Assembly: GCA_963797835.1 (NCBI GenBank)
Contig: CAWCRN010000026.1
Location: forward strand, 208,310 to 272,309
From: an uncultured Solirubrobacterales bacterium
Lineage (GTDB): Bacteria > Actinomycetota > Thermoleophilia > Solirubrobacterales > 70-9
DNA: 64,000 nt
Reading direction: 5' to 3'
Shown: positions 28,706 to 38,858 of the stretch, piece after piece
Position numbering within the stretch: the first letter of the stretch is position 1
Layout: each line of letters opens with the position of its first letter
Program-made: the position numbers and the translations under genes
Notes under the pieces: generated by a model
Seen by the model: only the letters and a program-made list of their open reading frames with translations
What the model was told of the DNA's origin: nothing
Database searches by the model: none

Positions 28706-28750
28706 CGATTGGCGTCTTAAGCCCGCATAGCGGGCTTAACTCGCCAATCG
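28706..28750. terminator. 45-nt near-perfect palindrome / bidirectional terminator-like hairpin
   Basis: CGATTGGCG-tc-TTAAGCCCGC-ata-GCGGGCTTAA-ct-CGCCAATCG (9+10 bp stems). It lies between convergent genes. There is no U-tract. Confidence 0.4.
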
Positions 28751-28820
28751 CTGCCGAAACCCCCGGCCACCCTCCCTCGGTGCCCAGGGCGGCCGGCGGA
28801 CGATCGGCCCCGCCGGCGCC

Positions 28821-29880
28821 CTACTCCCCCAGCGCCAGCGCCAACTCGCGGATCGCCGGGGCGTAGCGGTGGGTGAGTCCGCCGTGACCGCCCTCGAAGA
28901 GCTCGAGGGTGTGGTCGATGCCCAGCGTCGTGAGCTCGTCGGAGAAGGCCTGGGCGCCCAGGTCCAGGAAGTACTCGTCGGAGCGCCCGGCCTCGATCAG
29001 GATCCGGCGCATCGAGCGCAGCTCATCGGCATGGTCGGGGGCCATGCGCACCGGGTCGAGCGCGAGCCAGCGCGCCCACACCTCGTCGATGATGCGCCCC
29101 GTCTCGACCTCGAACGGCAGCAGGGCCTTGCCGGGCGCGTCCGGGTCGGGCGTGTAGCAGGCGGCGTAGCCGTACATCTCGAGTGCGGTCTCCGAAGCGC
29201 TCCAGGTGAACGGGTCGGCCTCGGCGAGCGCGCTGGAAGAAGACGTCGTAGGAGCTCTCGAAGTCGTCGCGCAGGGTCCGCGCCACCTCTCCGAAGTTCC
29301 GCGCGTAGCAGAGCTCGAACAGCGCGTCCCCGGCGTGCGAGGCGAGGGCCCCGAACACGCCCGGGCGCATCATCGGGACGACCATCGCGCCGTAGCCGCC
29401 CGAGGACTTGCCCGCGATCCCGCGCCCGCCGGCCTCAGCGATCGTGGGGTAGGCGGAGTCCACGAACGGCACCACCTCGTCGCACAGATAGGACTGGTAC
29501 GGACCGGTGCTGGTGGAGTCGAGGAACTGCGAGCCGCCAAAGGAGGTCCAGGCGTCGACCAGGACCACGATCGCGTCGGGGCAATCGCCGGCGGCGAACA
29601 TCGCGTCGAGGCGCTCGACGAACGTGAGCTGGAACGGCTCGCGGTTGGCCCAGCGGTCGACCTGGCCGGTATAGCCCTGGATCACGTAGACGGCGGGCAG
29701 CGCCCTGGGGTGGTCGGGCTCTATTCCGGGCGGCCGGTAGACCCACAGCGGGCGCCGGGCGGGATCGCCGAGCGGGTTGGAGGCGAGCAGGTCGGACTCG
29801 ACCACCAGCCGGTCGAGGCTGCCCGAGAGCGGACGCTCCCAGGGACCCCCGGCGGGCCCGTCCGCCAACCGTAGGGTCAC
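28821..29880 (-). pseudogene. esterase-family serine hydrolase (PF00756-like), one net +1 frame break (or sequencing error)
   Basis: The GTG at 29880 overlaps the mmsA stop. GKSSGGYGA nucleophile elbow. ...SYDVFFQR | ALAEADPFTWSASETALEMYGYAAC joins two frames at about 29225. Confidence 0.75.
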
Positions 29881-31355
29881 GTCCAGCGCGAGGTGACGAC
29901 CTTCTTGCGCGTGTAGAACTCGACCGCGTCGGCGCCGTTCGCGTGCAGGTCGCCGTCGATGGAGTCCTTCCAGCCGGAGAACGGGAACCAGGCGACCGGG
30001 GCGGCCACGCCGACGTTCACCCCCAGCATGCCGGCCTCCACGCTCGCCCTGTACGTGCGCGCCGCGCCGCCGGACGTGGTGAAGATCGAGCCGGCGTTGC
30101 CGTAGCGCGACCCGTTGACGAACTCGAGCGCTTCGTCGAGGTCGCCGGCGCGGACGATGGTGAGCATCGGGCCGAACAGCTCCTCGCGCGCGATCTCCGA
30201 CTCGTGGTCGGAGGTCTCGACGATCGTGGGGGCGAGCATCGTCCCCGCCGGGCCCGCGTCGGCGTCGCGCCCGTCCAGGACGAGCTCGTCGCCGCCGGCG
30301 ACCGCACGCTCGACCGCGTCCGCGACGCGCTCGCGCGCCTCGGGGCCGACGAGCGGGCAGACGTCGGTGGACGCGTCCGCGCCCGGGCCGACGTTGAGCG
30401 CCGCTGCGGCATCGGCGAGGGCGGCGCGCACCTCGTCCTGGCGCTCGCGGTCGCCCACCAGCACGGCGACCGAGCCGGCCAGGCAGCGCTGTCCGGCGGC
30501 GCCGAAGGCGGTGCTCATGATCGCGGGGACGGTGACGTCCAGGTCCGCGTCGGGCATGACCACCAGCGAGTTCTTCGCGCCGCCCAGCGCCTGGTAGCGC
30601 TTGCCGGTGGCGGCCGAGCGCTCGGCGATGTACCGGGCCGTCGAGGCCTGGCCGACGAACGAGATCGCGTTGATCCCCTCGTGGTCGAGCAGGCCGTTGA
30701 CGGCGTCGTGAGCCCCGTGGAGCAGGTTGCACACGCCGGCGGGGATCTCGTCGATCTCGTCGATCAGCTCGAAGATGCGCTCGGACGGGCGCGGGTCGCG
30801 CTCGGAGGGCTTCAGGATGAACGTGTTGCCGCACGCGATCGCGTAGGGAAGGAACCAGAGGGGGATCATCGCCGGGAAGTTGAACGGCGTGATCGCCGCG
30901 ACCACTCCCACGGGCTGGCGGACCATCTCCACGTCCACGCCGCCGGCCACACCCTCCAGGTTCTCGCCCTTCAGCAGGTGCGGGATGGCGGTCGCGGCCT
31001 CGGTCGACTCGATGCCGCGCAGCACCTCGCCGCGCGCGTCGTCGATGGCCTTGCCCATGTCGGCGGTGACCAGCTCCGCGATCTCGTCCTGGTGCTCCCA
31101 CAGCGCGGCGCGGAGGGCCATCACCGCGCGGGCGCGCTTCTGCGGCGGGACCGCCGCCCAGGCGGGCTGCGCCTCGCGCGCGGCTGCCACGACGGCATCC
31201 ACCTCCGCCGCTGCCGAGAGCGGGACCCGGGCGGCCACCTCCCCGGTGGCGGGGTCGATGTCGTCGATCGAATCGAGCCCGTCCGTCGGGCGCCACCGGC
31301 CCCCGGCGTAGTTGGCGAGGATGCGGGTCGCTGCGGGTGCGGCTGTGGGCTTCAT
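29877..31355 (-). CDS. mmsA: CoA-acylating methylmalonate-semialdehyde dehydrogenase
   Basis: ATG 31355 (MKPTAAP). FNFPAMIPLW, catalytic GQRCLA, C-terminal WFPFSGWKDSIDGDLHANG...FYTRKKVVTSRW. Confidence 0.85.
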   Translation of the reverse strand: MKPTAAPAATRILANYAGGRWRPTDGLDSIDDIDPATGEVAARVPLSAAAEVDAVVAAAREAQPAWAAVPPQKRARAVMALRAALWEHQDEIAELVTADMGKAIDDARGEVLRGIESTEAATAIPHLLKGENLEGVAGGVDVEMVRQPVGVVAAITPFNFPAMIPLWFLPYAIACGNTFILKPSERDPRPSERIFELIDEIDEIPAGVCNLLHGAHDAVNGLLDHEGINAISFVGQASTARYIAERSAATGKRYQALGGAKNSLVVMPDADLDVTVPAIMSTAFGAAGQRCLAGSVAVLVGDRERQDEVRAALADAAAALNVGPGADASTDVCPLVGPEARERVADAVERAVAGGDELVLDGRDADAGPAGTMLAPTIVETSDHESEIAREELFGPMLTIVRAGDLDEALEFVNGSRYGNAGSIFTTSGGAARTYRASVEAGMLGVNVGVAAPVAWFPFSGWKDSIDGDLHANGADAVEFYTRKKVVTSRWT

Positions 31356-32861
31356 GCTCCTACTCCGTCGTGGGGTGTCTGGATCTTCGAGTACTCCGAG
31401 TACGGGTACCACCATTCCTTCGGCGCGATCTCCGTCTCGATGTGGACGTGCTTGGTCTCCAGGAAGGCTTCGAGCCCCTCGCGGCCCAGCTCCCGGCCCA
31501 GTCCGGACTGCTTGTAGCCGCCGAAGGGCCCGGCGTCGTTGTCGGTCAACGGGTCGTTGAACCAGACGGTCCCGGCCTTGAGCTCGCGCATGCACCGGAG
31601 CACGTTCTGCAGGTCGCCCGTGTAGACGTTGGCCCCGAGGCCGAACCTGGTCGAGTTCGCGAGCTCGATCGCCTCGTCGAGCGAGCTCACCCGGACGATC
31701 GGAGCGACGGGCCCGAAGGTCTCCTCGCGCAGCAGGTCGGTGTCGGCGGGCGCGCCGGTCACCACCGCAGGCTCGAAGAAGTGCCCGCGCTCGTGGCCGC
31801 CGCTGCCGCCGCCCACGACCACCTCGGCCCCGGCCGCGACGGCGCGCTCGAGCTGGTCGGCGACCTTCTGGCGCTGGGAGGCCGAGACCATCGGCCCGAC
31901 GTCGGTGTCGGGCGCGGTAGGGTCGCCCACCCGCAGGCCGCCCGCCAGCTCGGCGAATCTCGCGAGGTAGTCGTCGTAGACGTCCTCCATGACGTAGAAG
32001 CGCTCGGCCGAGGTGCAGACCTGGCCGGCGTTCAGGAACGCCGCCCAGACGCCCCCGCGCGCAGCCACGTCGAGCTTCTCGGCGACGTCGGAGCAGACGA
32101 TGAACGGGTCCTTGCCGCCCATCTCGAGGTTGATGCGCGCCACCCGGTCGGCGGCGGCAGCGGCGATTCGCTTCCCCGTCTCCACCGACCCTGTGAACGC
32201 AATGCAGGCGATCCGCTCGTCCGCCGACGATCGCCGCGCCCACGTCGCCGGCTCCCGCCAGCAGGTTGACGACACCGTCCGGGAGGTGGTCGAAGCACGG
32301 GCCCAGGGCCAGCGTGGAGAGCGGGGTCAGCTCCGACGGCTTGCAGACGGTCGCGTTCCCCGCCGCCAGCGCGGGAGCCAGCTTCCACGCCAGAAGCAGC
32401 AGCGGGTAGTTCCAGGGGACGATGCAGCCCACCGGCCCGACCGGGTCCTTGACCACCAGGGCGAGCTGGGTGGACTCGATGGACGGGATCACCCGCCCAG
32501 CGGAATCGCGGCCGATCTCCGCGTAGTAGTCGAACGCTGCGGCGGTCCAGCTGACCTCGTCGCGGTTCTCGATCAGCGGCTTGCCCCCCTCGGCGGTCAT
32601 CACCCCGGCGAGCTCGTCGGTCGCGGCACGCAGCCTGGTGGCGACCTCGTGCAGCATCTCGGCGCGCTCCACCGCCGGCGTTCGCTCCCAGCCGCGCTGC
32701 GCCTCGGCTGCCGCGGCGACCGCGGCGCCGACCTGCTCGGGCGAGGCGGAGCCCAAGGTGGCGACGGTCTCCTCGGTCGCCGGGTTCTCGACCGCGAGCG
32801 GTTCACCGTCCCCGGGGACCCGCTCGCCGCCGATCTGCAGTCGCGTCTCCAACTCCTCCAT
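31352..32861 (-). pseudogene. NAD(P)-dependent aldehyde dehydrogenase, one net +1 frame break (or sequencing error)
   Basis: N-part ...VPWNYPLLL...LLAGAGDVGAAIV | ADERIACIAFTGSVETGKRI...LEMGGKDP...GQVCTSAERF joins at about 32225. The stop overlaps the mmsA ATG. Confidence 0.8.
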
Positions 32862-32902
32862 GCGCCGATGCTACCGAGGGCAAAAATGCGAGACTTCGCG
32901 CG

Positions 32903-33307
32903 ATGGCAGAGGAATGGCGAGTCGAGGTTGAACTGGGCGAGGAGGGCCACGGCCTCTCGCTCGGCGAGCGGCTGCGCTCGCTGGACCTCGACGACGAGGC
33001 TCGGGAGCGCCTCGGTGGCGACGTCATCGTCACCCGCGACGGGTCCCGGATCTTCCTCTACACCTCGTCGCAGGAGGCAGCGAACGAGGCAGTCGGCGTG
33101 GTCGAGCGGCTGCTGGAGTCGGAGGGGATCGAGGGCGAGGTTTCGGTCACGCACTGGGATCCCGGTGACCACGCCTGGGAGGACATCTCACGCGCGGCCG
33201 CCGCGCACATCGACGAGGGCCATCCGGAGGAGCGTGCTCCAGGGGTGCCGTTCCTGGTCTTCCTCGAGTCGCACAAGCCCCAGATCCTGCGGGACCTCGG
33301 GATCTAG
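32903..33307 (+). CDS. hypothetical acidic protein
   Basis: 134-aa ORF with coding-like composition, divergent from the aldehyde dehydrogenase operon. No family recognised. Confidence 0.5.
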   Translation: MAEEWRVEVELGEEGHGLSLGERLRSLDLDDEARERLGGDVIVTRDGSRIFLYTSSQEAANEAVGVVERLLESEGIEGEVSVTHWDPGDHAWEDISRAAAAHIDEGHPEERAPGVPFLVFLESHKPQILRDLGI

Positions 33308-33314
33308 CGCCCGC

Positions 33315-33689
33315 CTATGCGGGGTCCGGCGAGACGCCGCCGCGCAGGGCCGCCAGGGCGTCGTCCCGGGAATCCGTCAAGCCCATCGCCTGGTCGAGCC
33401 CGGTCAGCTCGAGGAGCTTCCGGACCTGGCTTTCCGGGCAGCAGACGGCGAACCCCCGTCCGCCGTTGACCGCGACGCGTTCGCGCGCTGAGACGAATGC
33501 GGCGAGCCCGCTCGAGTCGATGAACTCGCAGGCCGAAAGGTCGAGGAGCAGCGACTCGGCGCGGTCGTCCACGACCGGGTCGAGCTTCAGCCGCAGCGCC
33601 GGCACGGTGGCCTGGTCGAGCTCACCGACGACGCGCAGAGCAACTACGCCGTCGCCGAGCTCGTCGATCTCGGCTAGGAAGGGAGGCAT
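33315..33689 (-). CDS. STAS-domain anti-sigma-factor antagonist
   Basis: 124 aa. LLLDLSACEFIDSSGLAAF phospho-Ser region typical of the SpoIIAA/RsbV family. Confidence 0.8.
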   Translation of the reverse strand: MPPFLAEIDELGDGVVALRVVGELDQATVPALRLKLDPVVDDRAESLLLDLSACEFIDSSGLAAFVSARERVAVNGGRGFAVCCPESQVRKLLELTGLDQAMGLTDSRDDALAALRGGVSPDPA

Positions 33690-33778
33690 GGGTGGACTGC
33701 GATGTTAGAGCCTGCCGTTTCGTCCACGGCGCCTTGCCAAGCGAGCGGCGGGCGTCTAGCCTCGGGGCGGGACACCCG

Positions 33779-36211
33779 ATGAGAGAGAAGCTCGGCCACC
33801 TATTCGCCCGGATCGCGGCCAGGGCGTCGGCGATCCAGCGAAACGACGCGCTGGGGGCCGTCGCCGGCTTCGCGATGCTGGCTCTCCTCCTCGCCGGCGA
33901 CATCGTCCTCGGTGAGGACGTCAACCTGATCGGGACCCTGATCGTCGTACCGTTCGTCACGGCGCTCTGGGCGGGGACGGTGGTCACGGCCCTGGTCGCC
34001 CTGGCGGCCCTGGCAGCCGCCGCGGCGAGCGGACTGTGGAACATGAACTTCGGGGCGGCCGACTACGACGCCCGTCTCATAGTCCTCGTCCTGGGCGGCC
34101 TGCTGGCCGTCGCGAGCGCCTGGGCGCGCGAGCGAGCCCGCGTCGGGGCCCGGCGCCTCGAGTTGCTCGACGACGTCGGCGCGATCGCCGACGGCTCGCT
34201 GCCGCTGGCGCAGACGCTCGAGCGGGTGATGCAGGTGATCGTCCCGGCGTTCGCAGACTTCTGCATGGTCGACGCGATCCACAGCCACCGGGTCATGCGG
34301 TCCGCCGTGTGCGTGCAGGGCAGGCCCGACGGCGAGGATCGCCGGATGGAGAAGCACCTCGCGGGACGCGAGCCAAGCCTCCCGGCTTGGATGGTGCGCC
34401 CGCAGGCGCCGTTCCCGCGCCAGCCTCGTTTCATCCCCCGCTTCAACGACGTGGACATCCAGCGGCTCGCACACGGGCCGGACGATCTCGAGTGGCTGCG
34501 GGGCCTGGGACTGCGCTCGTCCATCACCGTCGCGATGCTTGCCCGCGACCGCATGCTGGGCGCCCTGACCCTCAGCACCGCCTGGTCGGGCCGCCGCTAC
34601 TCGCTCCACGACGTGCGATTTGCCCAGGCGCTCGCGAGCCGCGTCGCGCTGGCGCTGGACAACGCGGGACTCTTCTCGGACCTCGAGAGCGTGGAGCGAC
34701 GGATGGACAACGTGATGTCGATCCTCGACGAGGCCGTCGTCATCCACGACTCGGACGGAGAGCTCGTATTCGCCAACCCGGCGGCCGCTCGAATGATGGG
34801 GTTCGACTCCGCGCAGGAGGGAGGCCCTGGCCCCACCTCGACGCCAACAGCCGCGATTCGCGACAGGTTCGTGATTCGCTCCGAGGACGGGACGACCCTG
34901 CCGCCCGAGCTCCTGGTCGGCCGCCGCGCCCTCGCCGGAGAGTCGACGGAGCCGCTCGTGCTGCGTGTCTCCCCCCGCGAGGGAGGCCGGGAGCGTTGGC
35001 TGATCACGAGGGCGAAGCCGATCCTGGGCCCGGAGGGCAAGGCCCTTTACTCGGTGACGGCGATCGAGGACGTGACGGCGGTGAAGCGAGCCGAGTACGC
35101 GCAGCGGCTGCTCGCCCGGGCAGGGGAGCTGCTGGCGACGTCGAGCGACCCGGACGCGATGCTGAGCGGGCTGGCCGACCTGATGACGCCGGAGTTCTCC
35201 GACTCCTGCATCCACGTCGAGCCGGGGGTCACGCCGCCTCCACCGGGCGACGACTCACGATCCGTGATCGTGGCGCCCATGAACGTGGGCGACCAGTCGT
35301 TCGGGGCGCTCGTGTTCGCCAACGGCCCCGAGGGACGCGAGTTCGACGCCGATGACGAGGCGCTGGCCTTCGAGCTGGCCCGCCGCGCCGCGGCGACGCT
35401 GGAGGTCGGCCGGCAGGCGGCCGAGCGGGCCGAGATCGCCCGGGTACTCCAGGAGGGCCTGAAGCCGCCGGCCCTACCTCACATGCCCGGCTGGGAGACC
35501 GCGGCGATCTACCTGCCGGCAGGCGAGCTGAACGCGGTTGGCGGCGACTTCTACGACGCCTTCGAGGTCGCCGACGGCTGGATGGTGACCGTGGGCGACG
35601 TCGTCGGGCGCGGGGCTGCCGCGGCCTCGCTGACGGCACTCGCACGACACACGATCCGCACCGCCGGCCTGTTGACGGGGGATCCGCGGCGGGCCCTGGA
35701 GCTGCTCGACGCCGAGCTTCGCGACCGCGGAGAGACGGCCCTGTGCACCGCCGCGATCATGGTCCTCCCGCGCGAGCCCGAGGATCCCGCCGGGGTCACC
35801 TTCGTCTCGGCCGGGCATCCCCTGCCGCTTCTCCTGCGCGATGGTGAGGTCGAGGAGGTTGGGACCCCGGGCCCCTTGCTCGGCGCCTTCGAGGGGGCGT
35901 CGTGGCAGCCGGAGAAGCTGATGCTCGAAGCAGGCGACCAGCTGGTCCTCTTCACGGATGGCGTGACCGAGGCGCGCGGGCGAGAGGATCGGTTCGGCGA
36001 GGGACGACTGCGGGCCGAGCTTGCCGGGGCCGAGGGGCCGCTTGCCGCTGTCCGCAGGATCACGCGAGCCCTGGATGGATTTCTGGGCGGCGAGGCCGAT
36101 GACGACGTCGCCGTGGTCGCGGTCCGCCGGCAGGTGCTGCCGCGGTTGGAGCCCGGCGCCGCGCTCCGCGGGCCCGCCGCGGCCTCGCGCACGGCCCCGT
36201 CGTCTGCCTGA
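33779..36211 (+). CDS. membrane-anchored GAF/PAS sensor PP2C (SpoIIE/RsbU-type) phosphatase
   Basis: N-terminal TM helices, GAF and PAS-like segments. C-terminal GGDFYDAFEV...VGDVVGRG...LVLFTDGVTEAR PP2C motifs. Confidence 0.85.
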   Translation: MREKLGHLFARIAARASAIQRNDALGAVAGFAMLALLLAGDIVLGEDVNLIGTLIVVPFVTALWAGTVVTALVALAALAAAAASGLWNMNFGAADYDARLIVLVLGGLLAVASAWARERARVGARRLELLDDVGAIADGSLPLAQTLERVMQVIVPAFADFCMVDAIHSHRVMRSAVCVQGRPDGEDRRMEKHLAGREPSLPAWMVRPQAPFPRQPRFIPRFNDVDIQRLAHGPDDLEWLRGLGLRSSITVAMLARDRMLGALTLSTAWSGRRYSLHDVRFAQALASRVALALDNAGLFSDLESVERRMDNVMSILDEAVVIHDSDGELVFANPAAARMMGFDSAQEGGPGPTSTPTAAIRDRFVIRSEDGTTLPPELLVGRRALAGESTEPLVLRVSPREGGRERWLITRAKPILGPEGKALYSVTAIEDVTAVKRAEYAQRLLARAGELLATSSDPDAMLSGLADLMTPEFSDSCIHVEPGVTPPPPGDDSRSVIVAPMNVGDQSFGALVFANGPEGREFDADDEALAFELARRAAATLEVGRQAAERAEIARVLQEGLKPPALPHMPGWETAAIYLPAGELNAVGGDFYDAFEVADGWMVTVGDVVGRGAAAASLTALARHTIRTAGLLTGDPRRALELLDAELRDRGETALCTAAIMVLPREPEDPAGVTFVSAGHPLPLLLRDGEVEEVGTPGPLLGAFEGASWQPEKLMLEAGDQLVLFTDGVTEARGREDRFGEGRLRAELAGAEGPLAAVRRITRALDGFLGGEADDDVAVVAVRRQVLPRLEPGAALRGPAAASRTAPSSA

Positions 36212-36239
36212 GGACCGGCTTCCGTAGTGTTGAAGGCGC

Positions 36240-36650
36240 TTGCCGCCTCGCTCGCATGCCGTCATACGACAGGCCTACGCGGCGTTCGCCACGCGCGACG
36301 TCGCGACGCTGTGCGATCTCTCCCATGACGACGTGGAGGTGCGCACGATGACGGCCCTCCTCGCCGGCCGCAAGGAGCCGTACCGGGGCCACGAGGGAAT
36401 CGCGCAATACGTCGACGACGTCGGCCGTGTCTGGGACGAGCTCGAGCTCGACCCGGTCGAGTTCCACGAGCTGGAGTCGGGAGGGCTGCTCGTGTTCGGC
36501 AGGGTGCGCGCGCGCCGCGGGTCGATGCGGGTGGACTCCGCCAACGCATGGCTCTGGCACCTCCGGGACGGGAAGGTGGCGCTGGTCGAGGTCTTCGGCG
36601 ATCCCGGCGACGCCGCCGCCCTCGTCCGCGCGCGAAAGGAATCCGGCTAG
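36240..36650 (+). CDS. SnoaL/NTF2-like small protein
   Basis: 136 aa. VIRQAYAAFATRDVATL...WLWHLRDGKVALVEVF pattern typical of the NTF2 fold. TTG start is uncertain. Confidence 0.6.
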   Translation: MPPRSHAVIRQAYAAFATRDVATLCDLSHDDVEVRTMTALLAGRKEPYRGHEGIAQYVDDVGRVWDELELDPVEFHELESGGLLVFGRVRARRGSMRVDSANAWLWHLRDGKVALVEVFGDPGDAAALVRARKESG

Positions 36651-37072
36651 CCGGCGCCCGTTGCCTGGGTAAGCTCGGCGGGGTCTGCGATGTGCAGGTA
36701 GGCGCCCGCGCCGATCGTCTCGAACAGCGCCTCGACGGGGCCGGAGCCACGGATCACGAGGCGAAGCGGCTCGGTGCCCGCCTGCTCGCGCCGCTCGTGC
36801 ACGCCGAGGATCACGGCCAGCCCCGAGGAGTCGAGGAACTCCAGCCCGCGAAGGTCCAGCACCAGCGGTTCCGAGTCGGAGTCGACCGCCTCGTCCAGGC
36901 TCGAGCGAAGGCGCGGCGCGGTGAAGACGTCCAGCTCGCCGCCGAGAGCGAGCCAGACGACGCCGTCGCGACGGCTTGCGCGGGTCGAAAAGGTCTCCGC
37001 GGCAGCCAGGTCAGACCTCTGAAGCGGCTCGCCGAAACCCTCAGAGTCGGTCACCCGCCGACCATACCCCAA
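36647..37072 (-). CDS. STAS-domain anti-sigma-factor antagonist
   Basis: LVLDLRGLEFLDSSGLAVIL motif. The start is TTG 37072 or GTG 37054. Confidence 0.75.
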   Translation of the reverse strand: MGYGRRVTDSEGFGEPLQRSDLAAAETFSTRASRRDGVVWLALGGELDVFTAPRLRSSLDEAVDSDSEPLVLDLRGLEFLDSSGLAVILGVHERREQAGTEPLRLVIRGSGPVEALFETIGAGAYLHIADPAELTQATGAG

Positions 37073-37130
37073 GCGGGGCGCCCCGAAACGATTTCCGCCG
37101 CGACGCGGGCGGCCGAGGCGAGGCTAGGGG

Positions 37131-37956
37131 CTAGGGGGCCACCGCCGCCATGCGCTCGGCCCGGCGCTGCTGCCAGATCACCAGGGCGATCGCAAGGACC
37201 GTGACCGCGAAGAGGATGCGTCGCCAGCACGTTCACCTGGACCGGGATCCCGCGCAGTGCGACGCCGAAGACGTAGAGCGGGAAGGTCACCGTGGTCCCC
37301 GAGTTGAAGTTCGAGATCACGAAGTCGTCGATCGAGAGCGCGAAGGCGAGGAAGCCCGCCGGCCACGACGCCCGGGCGCGATCAGCGGCAGGGTCACGAG
37401 CCGGAAGGTCGTCGCACGCGGCCGGCGCCGAGGTCGCGGCCGCCTCTTCGAGTCGAGCGGTCGAACCCGATCAGCCGCGAGCGCACCACGACGACGACGA
37501 AGCTGATCGAGAACATCACGTGGGCGATGAGCAGGGTGTTGAAGCCCAGGCGGGACGCGTAGACGAGGAACATCGAGAGCAGCGCGGCGCCGATCACGAC
37601 CTCGGGCGTGGCCATCGGGAAGTCACGATCAGCAGGTTCGCCGCCCTGCGGCCGCGGAACTCGTGGCGGACCAGCGCGAGCGCCATCAGCGGTCCCGATC
37701 GCGGTGGCGACAGCGTCGCCAGGGCGGCCAGCTCGAGGACGGTGATCAGCGCGTCGTTCAGCGCCGTCGATCGTCGAACGCGTGCTTCCAGTACTCGAGC
37801 GTGAAGCCGTCTCCAGGCCGAAGGTGAAGCTTCCCCTCCGGTGTGTCGCCGAAGGAGAAGACGGCGATCACGGCGATCGGGATCAGCATGTAGGCGACGG
37901 CGAGTCCGGCGAAGATCACCAGCGCGTTGCGCTTGAGCCACGCCCAGGCTCGCCAT
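37131..37956 (-). pseudogene. PotC-like polyamine ABC permease, many frame changes
   Basis: Conserved fragments are spread over all three frames: WLKRNALVIFAGLAVAYMLIPIAVIAVFSF, ALNDALITVLELAALATL, PMATPEVVIGAALLSMF...IAHVMFSISF, LEEAA, RDLGAGR, ATTFRLVTLPLIAPG, LAFALSIDDFVISNFNSGTT, ILFAVTVLAIALVIWQQRR. Confidence 0.75.
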
Positions 37957-38858
37957 CAAGCGTCGTCTCCTCCGCCTCGTCGCCCATGAACGCCTCGGTC
38001 CCGGCGCAGCTGATGTAGATCAGGACCAGTGACCAGGATCGACCGCCATCATCATGAACGAGAGCGCCGCCGCCTCCGGGTAGTCGCGCTCGACCAGGTA
38101 GAGCGACTGGATCACGTTGCCGATCATCGCCTGGTCCGGCGCCGCCGAGGAGGGCGGCGTTGACGTAGTCGCCCGAACGCGGGGATGAAGGTGAGCAGGA
38201 CGCCCGCGACGATCCCCGGGGCTGTCAGCGGCAGCGTCACCTTGCGGAACGCGGTCGCCGCGGAGGCGTAGAGGTCCTTCGCCGCCTCGATCAGGCTGCG
38301 GTCGAGCTGCTCCAGGCTGGCGTAGATCGGCAGGATCATGAACGGCAGGAAGTTGTAGGTGAGCCCCGCGATCACCGCCCCCGCGGTCGTCGAGCACCCT
38401 GCCGTCTTCGGGGACCAGGCCGAGCACTGGAGGACGTCTGACGACTGGGCTCGTCGTCGCTGAGGATCGTCTTCCAGGCGATCGTCCGGATCAGGTAGGT
38501 GGTGAAGAACGGCGCCACGACCGCGAACAGCAGGACCAGGCGCCAGCGTCGGCTCACCTTGAAGGCGATCGCGTAGGCGAGCGGGTAGGCGATCAGGAGC
38601 GCCAGCAGGGTGGCCGCGATCCCGGCGTAGAGAACGTGCGGAGGATGCTGGTCGAACCGCGACCTCGAGCGCGTCGGGGAAGTTGGACCACTCCCAGGTG
38701 AAGGCGAAGCCGCCGCTGGCAGCGAGCCCGAGCGCAGCGCCAGTCTCGCCCATGAAGTACATGGGCACGACGAAGAAGAGGACCAGCCAGATCAGGCCCG
38801 GCCCGAGCAGGCCAGTACGGGACGAGCCGCCGGCTCCGGATGGCTCAGTGCGCCTCAC
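37956..38858 (-). pseudogene. PotB-like polyamine ABC permease, many frame changes
   Basis: Fragments [130 protein letters not shown] and [32 protein letters not shown] lie in successive frames. Confidence 0.75.
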
